Below are positions 37,901 to 49,380 of a stretch of DNA of 64,000 nucleotides, piece after piece; positions within the stretch are counted from its first letter, which is position 1; the number at the start of each line of letters is the position of its first letter. Under the pieces are notes generated by a model, which had not been told where the DNA came from, ran no database searches, and worked only from the letters and a program-made list of their open reading frames with translations. The position numbers and the translations under genes were made by a program. Source of the stretch: Antedon mediterranea (taxonomy: Eukaryota; Animalia; Echinodermata); assembly GCF_964355755.1 (NCBI RefSeq), contig NC_092671.1:33180304-33244303 (forward strand), given 5' to 3'.

Positions 37901-38537
37901 CATGAACGACTTTATGCGAAGACGATTCAGAATGTTCCGAAGGGGTGTCATTATTTTCAAGAGTGGTAGAATGAGCAATGTTGTGGCCAAGCATGGTGAA
38001 TATGAATTTTGAATTATGATGTGTGTGGTATCTTTACTTCAAACACAAACAACAATAGTAAAACTATTAAGTAAACTTGTTTATTTGTTTGTTTTTATTT
38101 TTAAAATGTAGAAATTACAACAAAACAAAATAAATACAGGACGAGCCAGTTAATCCTACTACTATGTTATCTTTAATTATATTTGTTAATGTTTTGAATG
38201 AAATAATTCTGTCTTGTTTAACAAGAAAGAGTGACATTCTAAATGTATTAATATCTATGTTTTTCAAAGATTAAATATAATATTTCATTTGTGTTATTCA
38301 ATTTTACAGGGGTCGACATGATACGTGATTTATCTGAAGATGTAATTGTAGTTTTACTGTGACATCTGGGCATTGCCCTTTATATTTGAAAAAACATCAC
38401 GATCGAAAGAACGTTCTGCTGACTGAATACAATACCGCAACATACTTCGCGAAATCACTGCAATAGTTGTATAAAACGTGCGAATGGTTGTGTAAGTAGG
38501 TCTGTGTAAAAAAGCAAGAAGCACACCAAACGTCGAG

Positions 38538-39495
38538 ATGGTAGGTACAACGCAGGCAATGCTTACAACGCCATTTTTTGCGGAAAATAGCACAGAAATC
38601 ACTCCCGTCATATGGAATGAAAAATTGGCACGAATCGAAATAGCGATGATGAGTGTCATATTTGTTCTAACAATAGTAGGCAATTCTACAGTTATACTTG
38701 CGCTTTGGCAGTTTCGACGAAACTTCACGCGAATGCATTATTTTATTGTGCACTTGTGTTTGGCCGATTTACTCGTTGCATTTTTCAACATCTTACCGCA
38801 GATTATAATGGACGTTACCGTGTCTTTTAATGCACCCGATGTAGTCTGTCGTTTCGTTATGTTTGGACAAGTGTTTCCCTTGTTCTTGTCGACGTATATG
38901 CTAGTTATGATGTCGATGGATCGCTATCTTGCCATATGTCATCCAATGGCTGCACTGCGTGGAAACAACGAGCGTAGGTCACGTCGTATGGTCATGTTGG
39001 CCTGGACAATTTCGTTTGTATTTGCTTTACCACAATTTTTTCTATTCCATTTACAAGTGAACGGAGAGAAAACAATTTGTAAAGACAACTTTAAAAGTGA
39101 TAAAGGATCACTGGTTTATGTGATTTTTGTGTTTTTTTTCATTTATTTAATTCCAGTAATTATTCTAATTTGTTGTTACGTCTGCATTTCTGTTACCATC
39201 TGGAGGAACGTTATTGGTTTGAAAGAAATGAAGGAAAAAGATTTCGATGATGGTGGAGAAAAGCAAGAACATAGAAAACCTTTCATTGGAAAAACAAAAC
39301 AGACTAGCCTTGACATTGGTTCTGTTCGTCTGGAGAACAGCAGACGACATAATGCCGGAAGATTGATTTCACGCGCCAAAACTAAAACCGTAAAAATGGC
39401 CGTTGTGATTGTGGCATTATACATTATTTGCTGGTCTCCCCAATTCGTATGCCAACTTTGGTTATCTTTAGATCCAGAAAATGCACCGATTAATA
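38538..39495 (+). CDS. Vasopressin/oxytocin-type neuropeptide GPCR, coding exon 1 (TM1-TM6)
   Basis: NEKLARIE, GN (TM1), RMHYFIVHLCLADLLVAFFNILPQ, CR..Q..STY..MDRYLAICHP, PQ (TM4), ISRAKTKTVKM, CWSP..QLW. Donor A|GTAAGT at 39495/39496 (phase 1). An upstream acceptor TTTTACAG at 38309 implies a 5' UTR intron. Confidence 0.93.
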
Positions 39496-40464
39496 GTAAG
39501 TTCTAATTTTTAAAATTGCAGTTTACATTAACTTGGTATCTTTGCCAATCTCAAGTCAAAACGCCCTCTATAGACGGAAAACTTATCTATAAATAAAAGA
39601 AACCTGAAAAGGTAGGGAGGTAGCAATGTCATTGTCCTTCATGTCTATGTACATAGTTTGCCTTCACGTGTTTCATTTTTACCTTTTTATTTTTCAAACT
39701 ATCCCTGAAAAGGATAATATTTAAAAGCAATTTAATATCAAGAAGCCTGTCGCTCTGTTGTGTTATGAGTTGGATACACATCATCGAACACTTCAATTTA
39801 TATTTGCCTGCTGAATATCTTTTAACAAGAATGGTGTGTAGGGCTACGTGTAGATATATTCATAAATATCATAAATTGTAATATGTTCTTGCTCAGACAA
39901 TTATCTTCCGAAACTGTTATCTTCATGTTCATGTTAAAAAATAATAATAGATTATGACAGAAAATAGACATAACATCAGCCCAGAGAATAGTGAAATTAC
40001 AATTAATTGTAATTTCACTCTTCCGTGATCAGCCTTTTTATTATGTAAATACTCTTCCAATTTATATAGCTTATGAATACGGTAGTGCTTTGTAAGTAAA
40101 TAATATTTTACTTGTACATGTTCGCGGCACGTTTATATCCACGGGCAACCATCAGTCATGTTCAATCAATTAGAGGAATACCGTTGGGCTCTACTTAAAA
40201 ATGTTCAGTGATAACATATATATTTCAATTATAATAATATATCAATAATCTACATAACATGTAAATATAGGAATACATGTTTTCATTATATGTCATCTTA
40301 GAGGCAATACATTGTTAAGATATGATTCATTAAATAACAGGGTATAGTTTTTCATTTTAATATTTAAATTCCCTGCGGAGTTTCATTCTGTAAAGAAGAG
40401 ACTACTTTGGATAGAGTTTCCTGTTTAGAAAGAAACTTAGTTATAATTTCATTCTCGTCATAAT

Positions 40465-41670
40465 GCCATCATCATAATCATCATTATTCACATCATGATC
40501 CCATCATCAACGTCCTCCTTACCATAGTTTCATCACCAACATCCTCTTTACAATGGTTTCATCACTAACATCCTTCCTACCTTGATACCATCACCAACAT
40601 CCTCTTTACCATGGTTTCATCATTAACATCCTTCTTACCATGATACTATCATCAGCATCCTCCTTACCATGATTCCATCATTAACATCCTTCTTACCACG
40701 ATACCATCACTAACATTCTCCTTACCATGGTGTCATCATTAACATACTTCTTACCATGATACCATCCCCAACATCCTCCTTACCATTGTTTTATCATTAA
40801 CATCCTTCTTACCATAATACCGTCATCAACATACTCCTTACCAAGGTTTCGTCATTAACATCCTTTTTACCAAGATACCATCACCCCCATCCTCCTTACT
40901 ATGGTGTCATCATTAACATACTTCTTACCATGATACCATCCCCAACATCCTCCTTACCATTGTTTCATCATTAACATCCTTCTTACCATGATACCGTCAT
41001 CAACATACTCCTTACCATGGTCTAATTATTAACATCCTTCTTACCATGATACCATCACCAACATCCTCGATACCATCACCAACATCCTCTTTACCATGGT
41101 TTCATCATTTTAACATCCTTCTTACCACGATACGATCATCCATATCCTCCTTATCATGATCCCATCATCAACATCCTCCTTACCATGGTTTCGTCATTAA
41201 CATCCTCCTTATCATAATTTTATCATCCTCATCCTCCTTATCATGATTTTATCATCCTTATCATGATTAAATAATTAGCACCTTCCTTATCATGTCCTCT
41301 TCATTAACGTCCTCCTTATTATAGTCTCATCATCAACGTCCCCTTACAATCATTAACGTCCTCTTTATCATCAACTCATCGATAACGTCCTAACGTCATC
41401 ATGATCTCATCATCAACATCATATTCATCATAATCTTAGCTTCAGCATCATCATCGTCATGCTTATATTCTCATTTATCATTATCTTCATCATCAACATT
41501 CATCATCCTCATGATTCCCATCCATCATTACCCTTATCATGAACTTTCATCATCATTATCAACATTCGTATCATCATCTTACTGTATCTCATTACTTTTT
41601 CCTATCATAAATTTCTTATCTTCATCAACGTCATATCAACGTCCTCATCAACATCTTTATCATCAACATC
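40465..41670. repeat. CAT-rich degenerate ~30-bp minisatellite grading into (CAT)n low complexity (GPCR intron)
   Basis: Alternating units CATCACCAACATCCTCCTTACCATGGTTT / CATCATTAACATCCTTCTTACCATGATAC. Confidence 0.85.
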
Positions 41671-41691
41671 GTCTGTTTGAAACCACACTAA

Positions 41692-41760
41692 AGCTCTGTC
41701 TACACTATCAAACTAGTCACACGTTTTCGTCGCATAAAGTTTGATAGTGTAGACAGAACT
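41692..41760. mobile_element. Minimal PIF/Harbinger-like MITE (69 bp)
   Basis: 23-bp TIR AGCTCTGTCTACACTATCAAACT / AGTTTGATAGTGTAGACAGAACT (1 mismatch), with TAA on both sides (41689-41691, 41761-41763). Confidence 0.85.
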
Positions 41761-42326
41761 TAAAACATAACACATGTGAAGTTTGATAGTGTAGACAGAA
41801 CTTAAAACATAAAACATGTGAAGTTTGATAGTGTAGACAGAACTTAAAACATAAAACATGTGAAGTTTGATAGTGTAGACAGAACTTTAAACATAAAACA
41901 TGTGAAGTTTGATACTAGACAGAACTTAAAACATAAAACATGTGAAGTTTGATAGTGTAGACAGAACTTAAAACATAAAACATGTGAAGTTTGATAGTGT
42001 AGACAGAACTTAAAACAGAAAACATGTGAAGTTTGATAGTGTAACAGAACTTTAAACATAAAACATGTGAAGTTTGATAGTGTAGACAGAACTTAAAACA
42101 TAAAACATGTGAAGTTTGATAGTGTAGACAGAACTTAAAACATAAAACATGTGAAGTTTGATAGTGTAGACAGAACTTAAAACATAAAACATGTGAAGTT
42201 TGATAGTGTAGACAGAACTTAAAACATAAAACATGTGAAGTTTGATAGTGTAGAAAGAACTTAAAACAGAAAACATGTGAAGTTTGATAGTGTAGACAGA
42301 ACTTAAAACATAAAACATGTGAAGTT
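41737..42326. repeat. 42-bp minisatellite (14 units) made of the MITE right TIR plus 19 bp
   Basis: Unit AAGTTTGATAGTGTAGACAGAACTTAAAACATAAAACATGTG starts at 41737, 41779, 41821 ... 42280. Confidence 0.95.
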
Positions 42327-42909
42327 AAGTTAAACTTGTGATTTCAAGTTAAATCCTTCAAACTGTTACTAAAAAATTAGTCTCAATCCAAAGGTTACTA
42401 GGTCACCGGGTACGTCACAAATACTCTTTAAGTTTCGCTAACGACAAATACCGATACGTTACAATTACATATTTTGCAAAGTAGATAATTAATCTCCTGT
42501 TGTGTGGCATACCAAACACATGTGGAAGCAAATTGTGCCGATGAATCAATTCGACCAGGTTCTTAAACATCGAGGTTCAATAATATCATTTATTACATAT
42601 TAAGGAGTGTTCGTTCCGAAAAAGTAATAAGTAAAATAATAATCGCATTTGTAATGAGAACCAATTCTATAGGCCATAAATATGGAATAACAATTTAAAG
42701 ATCACTCTGACACTCAATTTCGGGGAAAAAATCAATATGGAATAATCTAACAAGGGTCACTAATGATGTACACTACTAACTGTGCTATTCCACCTGTGTC
42801 TTAACTAGGACCGGATGTAGCTCGCCCTCTATATCTTAGTAATGCAATCATGAACATTCGTGAATTTATTGCTTAATATTTTGGTGCGTGTATTTTTTTG
42901 TTTTTTCAG

Positions 42910-43214
42910 GCACATCGTTCGTTATAATCTTGCTGCTAGCCAGTCTAAACAGCTGTACAAACCCATGGGTATATCTGTCATTCAGTGGAAATGTCATATC
43001 GGATTTAAAGAAACGTATCTCTGTGTATTTCGGCTTGACCAATCAAAAGACAAACAAGCAAACGGACTACACTCATAGCAAGCGAAATCGGTTGATGACG
43101 CCTAGCACTACGTCACCACAAACGGTAAATTTATCGACAATACGCATAAACGCAAAGAAGTACGATCCATTGAATAAGGCGACGAACCACGTAGAATCAC
43201 ACACAGATGATTAG
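42910..43214 (+). CDS. Vasopressin/oxytocin-type GPCR, coding exon 2 (TM7 and C-tail)
   Basis: Acceptor TTTTTTCAG at 42909; A+GC=Ser restores the frame; LLLASLNSCTNPWVY is the VP/OT receptor TM7 signature; TAG stop at 43214. Total CDS 1263 nt = 420 aa. Confidence 0.93.
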
Positions 43215-45332
43215 GAATATTTTAAAATCAGAAACATCCATTCCCCATTGTTCCACTATATTTAATATCGACTAAAGGAATTCAGAGTGGTTCTTTTAAG
43301 GTGACTGACGTCGCAACTGTGAGCAAAGCACGCGTTATTTCAAGTGTCCACAAAGACAATTATAAGTTAATTAGGCCTAGGCGTAAGCCATTACAGTATA
43401 TTATCATCACAGTACTTTAATTACACTGACAGCCTTACGTGTGAACACACCTTTAGTTTTGTTAAGGATGTATTCAAACATTCTCAGCTTGTTCAGATAG
43501 GCCTACGCGAATGGTATTTGATACAGGATACGCTAAGTAAGAGTATGTGTGCTTCAGCAATGGTGATACTCCATAGATGTTATATCTTAAAACTTATAGT
43601 AATACGTGAAACCCTATTAATACATTAATTGGTTTATCTGAGAGTGTGTGCAATTAATGCATACATGTAGTAGTACTCCATAGGGTACTGTGAAGTTATT
43701 TTTTAAAATCATTTTTACCTTGATGACCTCAACAGATGCAGGGACTGGACTATTTGACTGAAAAAATGTACACAATTATTTGACGTGGTATTGGACTGAC
43801 TTGTGACGGACCTCAAGCTACGTGTTGTAATGCAATGTAAACGTGGTGCTAGAACTAACATGTGTTTTGTCCCGTTTACAATGTTTAGCTGCACTCGACA
43901 CACATGCAGATGTATGTTACAGTAATAGATAATATTGCGATTGACACGCCCGGTATTCATACGATACTCCGATTCATGGTTCTAACAATTCCTCAACATC
44001 ATGATAGTAGCTAAAATCGATTATAAACTATCCCTTATGTAAGAAAAAAATGTTTTCTTTTATAGAATTAGACTGAACGATTACGTTTGTTAATATAGCT
44101 ACGTAAACCGCAGCCGTTGCTCTAGAGTATGAACCAGGCTTATTTCGCACGACACGCGTGTACTGTACTTTGTGACGACACGGCTAACGCTTCATACTGT
44201 GTACCGTTTATATTGGGTCTCCCCAATTTCAGGTGTTGTATATAATATAGACCTACTGTGGTTTTTTTTAATACCACACAAGTAATGCAATGAATTGAAG
44301 ACGCATAATGTACCGTAATAACGTTTCGTAATAACTTGTTTGGAAATATAGTTCAAGCATTTGTAATAACCTTGGTACCAAATATAGACTAAAAATTGAA
44401 ATTTGATCTTTTAACGTTTAATGATAGGCCTATATTAAACGTTACAATATCCATTTGGGGGACAATACATCTTCTAACATCTAATTTGATAGGATGACGT
44501 CACGTACAATATGCAGACTTGCTACATGTCTATATTACCTAACTGTAAGTATAATTGTGGGTAACATTCTAGATAATAGTAATACAGTAACCTGAACATT
44601 TACGTTTGACCATTGGTCGCTCAACTCAAGGTTGGTAAGTTTGTCAAATAGAAAAATAAATTACGTTCAACGTTGATCATTCTGACAATGATGACACGTT
44701 ATGTATCATACTATAAACATGTAGAGACCTAATAAACCCATTTGAAATACCATAACCGTGTGTTTTTTATTCATTAAATTACCCTTCATTATTCAATTAT
44801 TACCGGTATGTTTTTTTCTCCTATCAGGTTAAGGCAGAAAGCATAAATATTTTCATGTGATTAATATTGGCATACATCAGAATAGGAGTCGCTCGCTATA
44901 AGCATGGAAATAGATAAAATACAACAGGTTTCGCCCAGCCAAATGTTTATAAGATGTTTAGCATAGTTAATGGCACGTCATTATTATTCAAATAAACGAT
45001 CAAATTATTAGATGAAATTAAATAGTTTAATGAAGAAAGAATAGTAACAAAAATAATTGCATACATTGTATTAAAAAAATAATACAAGTGACGCTTCGTT
45101 TTAGTGTTAATTGGAAAAGACAGTAAAGTGGAAAACCAATAAAAACACTAAGCTAGAATAAGAGTGAGAGCAATCAAAAGAAAACATTCTGACTTTGAAA
45201 TTAATATCATATACTTAGTTACACATTATTCAGTGATGTAATATGCATATGAACGGAAATCAGGTGTAGTTCATTTAGCAATAATGATCACCATGTTAAC
45301 TGACAATTGTATTTCTGACGTAACACGCATAA

Positions 45333-45511
45333 AGCTTGGTTCCCACTAGAACGTAACGCAAGGACGTAAACGCAACGCAAGCGTTTTAACCAATGACAAG
45401 CGAAGTTATATACAGTTAGCAATCACAAGCGAATAAGCCATCGCTTGTGATTGGTCAATTCAATTGCGTTGCGTTACGTCCTTGCGTTGCGTCGCTAGTG
45501 GGAACCACGCT
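45333..45511. mobile_element. PIF/Harbinger-like foldback MITE, 179 bp
   Basis: TIR AGCTTGGTTCCCACTAG..AACGCAAGGACGTAA / TTACGTCCTTGCGTT..CTAGTGGGAACCACGCT, flanked by TAA/TTA. Confidence 0.85.
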
Positions 45512-46359
45512 TTATGGTGTACTACAGTACCAATATTCTTGAGCTTTTCTTTCCTGTTTTCTTCACAATTTATTTACCGTAACAGATTATGTTATTACGT
45601 GTCGCATTTCCAATGCTTCTGTGACGAATCGAGATTTTGAAATTAGCGGCTTCCAGATTTTAAAATGATGTGCTAAACTTCATTAATACTTTTTGACAAA
45701 TGCTTCTAACTTCATCGATTAAACTCATGGGTAAGTTCTATATTTTATTCCAATGTATTTTCATTGTCTATTCTGTTTTATTCAAGTCATTTTAATTCTG
45801 CAATGACGTCATAATGTTATAGTTATTTTAAGATTTAGTTTACAGAGTTTACAGTAACGGTATGTGTATAATGTAAAGGCATATATGTATAATTTGCCTA
45901 GTAAATGTTACCGTTATATATAGACATTTCGAAAATGAAGGGACGGGTTGAACCGCAGTTTCACGAGGTTAAAATGTGCATTTTCACAACATTGGTTCTA
46001 TTTCGTCGAGTTTTTAAACACTTTTGTTGGTGCGAATTTAAAGGGATCGATGCACATTCACTATGTGACTCTACTACTCTGTGTACACTTATGTTGTTGT
46101 ATATTGAAGGTGAACTATTTCATTTAGCTATTTCAATATCGAGATCAATAAATACACTACATAATTGTTTCCGACAACAGATTTGACCATGATACAAACC
46201 TTATCGATGTTGAACAATGTTTAGTAATTATGAAACATGCATTGTGAAGATGAGTGAAATGAGCCTAAATATATTTTACAATAATAATGTAAGTATGCGA
46301 TGGCATGCACAGGAAGAAAGAAGGTGAATCTATGACTAAGCTATAACTATTTCGATTTG

Positions 46360-46490
46360 AGTGGTTTAGGCCGGTGGTTAGACAGGGGCACCGTAAACCA
46401 TAGTCGGTGTTCAAGGCTCTCCTCGACCATATTTCTGGTGGCGAATCTTCTTGGATAAGAACTTAAAACTAGGAAGTCTAGTGTACAAAC
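46360..46490 (+). mobile_element. Degenerate SINE 5' part
   Basis: GGCCGGTGGTTAGACAGGGGCACCGTAAACC..TTCTGGTGGCGAATCTTCTTGGATAAGAAC..AGTGTACA resembles the 31.7-kb SINE head and core. Confidence 0.6.
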
Positions 46491-46717
46491 GTGACTCCTG
46501 TGTACTTTATAACCAATCGTATGGGTGACGACGGTGTTCTGGTTTATATTAGGGAAATTCAGATCGTGTGGAGAAGAGAAGGAAGACGACCTGGCGCATG
46601 CGCACCTCTCAAAATTATGTCGAAGTCAAATAGTCAACGCGAAAATTCAGAAAGTCCCTATGTTGTCAGTCACTGTCGGTTGTTTAGTGGTAGCTGACAA
46701 AAATGACGAGGCCCTTA

Positions 46718-46808
46718 AGCTTGGTTCCCACTAGGACACAACGCAAGCGCAACACAAGCCAGTTGACCAATGATTACTTGCGTTGCGCTTTCGTCCTTGC
46801 ATTGCGAC
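46718..46808. mobile_element. Truncated copy of the 45333 MITE family
   Basis: AGCTTGGTTCCCACTAG..AACGCAAG..TTGACCAATGA..TTGCGTTGCG..CGTCCTTGC; the right TIR end is missing. Confidence 0.75.
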
Positions 46809-48479
46809 TTTAGGAGAGATGGATGGAGGTTGTTACCAGTGCACAGTACCTATACGTAATGCTGGTAGGCCTATAATTGTGGATATCAAAATGTACTATT
46901 TGTCCGAAATTATGATCAAGCCTACAATTAATCCATTTTATGTGAAGAAATAGATAAAACTGTCTTAATAAGTCAATACGAAGACCCATATATATAAACG
47001 TGTATATCTCCTTTAGAAATATTTAGTTTTATTTCACATTATTGGTGAAATGTGTGTTTACCAATCAATATTTAGATATTATTTTATAAAATGTATAGCA
47101 AAGAGTAGTATGTTTTTAAAAGCTTATGACATGTGTGGCGTCATAAGTTTACACACCTGCCTCAACAGGTTTTACGTATGTTATCCACCCGATACTATCG
47201 TATCCCTACTGGGCAAAATTGTCGTATGTTGAGATAAAGCACTGAGAATTATGTCATATAGTATTTTATCGGAAGAACTGTACGAATAAGCCTATTATTT
47301 TCTCAAGATAATACTTTTTTCAGGTAATGAAATTAGTAACAGAATACGTATGTAATACGAACATCTGCTTGTATATCTACTGACCTTGTTTTGTTTTGGT
47401 TCTTAGGCCTATATCCATTTTACTAAGATCATATGATTTGTTTTCGTATCCTTAGGCCTTCTCTTTATTTGCTTTTGCATATTTCGGAAATATTTAAATA
47501 ATGAGTCTCGACCAGGTGTGGAAGTTAAATACTTGTTGTCTATCATCCAATTCCAAATGTCTTTTTATTTTGAAAGTTGTAATGTTATTCGACATGCAAG
47601 CCTTTAAAACATATCAACGTTTTCGATATTGTTCCAGAGTGAAATTTTGTAGCTTTCTACTTTTTAAGTAACGTCATAAACGAAAGCTGATATAATTTTA
47701 AGTTTCGTTTATTCACTGAGTCTAAGGTTTATTTTACGACGTTTGTTTACCGATGACGAAAAGTGGGGTTGTTATCAATGTTAAATAAATCAGCTTGAGG
47801 ATTTCCGTCGATTTTTCGAAATCAAGTATAATTTATATACCTTTATTTGTTCTCTGTGTGTGTGTGTGTGTGAGTTATTATATTATAATGAAATAGGCGG
47901 ATTCAATGGATTTTGGAGGGGAGTGGGGGCGGACCAGCCGACCATTATACTGCATTGGGACTTATTCTGGATCTGCTGCTGCTAATTTCTGAAAACTGTT
48001 CACGCAATTGATAGGGGGCAGCAATCACGGTTATTTTAATTTCTACATACGATGTATACGTTTACAACGACTACAAATGAGAATGTTGCCTAACAAAGTA
48101 AATAGTAGTTCACCTGTAAACACATTTTTGCAGAATTATGTTAAAAACTGCGTTGTACGTTTTAAGTGGATGGCTATTTCTGCGAATACGTTATGTGCAC
48201 GTCTTTGTGTTCTCCATTTCTGTAAGTACGTTTATTACTGGAAGTACATTTTACGTACGTTTCTGCGAGTATGTTATCCTATTTCTGCTTTCATTATAAT
48301 AGTTTTAATGTTTTTTCCATAAAAAAAACGGTATATGCATTTTAATACATAAGGGAAAAAGTGTGACAATAAGTGACAACATTATTTAAAAATTGTAAGT
48401 TATTAACATGATTATTTCTCTTTCCAGAGTATAGTATCAATCTACTAATCAACCTCACCTTAACAACCACCATATCCCT

Positions 48480-48558
48480 AGAGCTACAGCTCACTATGTT
48501 GGTCGGTTGGTAAACACTAACTTGAGCACGCCAGTGCAGCCATGTATATGGCCTTGTT
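48480..48558 (+). mobile_element. Short HINE-like element
   Basis: CTACAGCTCACTATGTTGGTCGGTTGGTAAACACTAACTTGAGCAC..GCCATGTATATGGCCTTGTT; matches 23785-23889. Confidence 0.65.
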
Positions 48559-48968
48559 TTAACATCTATTCCCCCGCCCTCCTTGATTCTTTCAACCACC
48601 TCCTTTCTTGTTATGCATTTACTCTTTCTATGCATCATTATTAGCCGACAACTGAACAATTTCTATTGTATTTATTGAGTATATTTAAAAATTACATACA
48701 TACAACATATTCCAACAACCCTTTTTCCGCCACCACACTGAATTGTTAAAACATTGCAAATTATCCAAAGTAGCCAATCGGCAAGTATATTTAAAGTAAT
48801 TAATACTGTAGTAGTAATATCAAAAAGTTCAATATTTTGGCCGACACGAAAATACATTATGACGTCATAAGTTATCAGGTCCCTGATAATAGTATAGGCC
48901 TACACACGCAAATGATATAATATATATAGGTATATTGCTTCTGGACGTTTCGAAAATCCACACCAAAA

Positions 48969-49183
48969 TTACACAATACACTTATCTAAGGTTATGATGT
49001 TATATTCAGAATTGACTAACAGATAGTCCAACAAAAAAACTATGATCATATGAGTATCCGGTAGGTCCGTGTCCAAACGTAGGATTCCACCATGTTCGGT
49101 TTCTAGCTGTTCGTGGATAAACTCCAGCGCCTTCGCCGCCCTTGTAAAATCAGGAAGTTTATCATAATTGTCTACAGTTAGAC
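48969..49183 (-). CDS. FkbM-like methyltransferase / NodB-like fusion gene, coding exon 6 (last)
   Basis: Acceptor TTTCCAG at 49184; G+GT=Gly; reads LTVDNYDKLPDFTRAAKALEFIHEQLETEHGGILRLDTDLPDTHMIIVFLLDYLLVNSEYNIITLDKCIV*. Not in the ORF track. AATAAA on the - strand at 48671-48676. Confidence 0.8.
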
Positions 49184-49380
49184 CTGGAAATATAAGAAAT
49201 CAATATTATTAGTGATACGTATGCCTAAGGACCTATCCCCTATTTGCATAATTTAGAATATAATATGCTTACAGTAACAGAGAGGAAATTCGAATGGAAT
49301 ATTATCTCAATTCAACAATACAAAACATTTATTACGCACCTACTGTTCCAAAAAATTGTATTCAATTTATCCAGAAGACT

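Noticed and set aside
41737-42326. Regular repeats resembling a CRISPR array (also 895-2324, 31877-32615, 57820-58004)
   Set aside because: No unique spacers, no cas genes, eukaryotic context; these are tandem minisatellites, and their ORFs (41844, 42052, 31881-32374, 57807) are artefacts.
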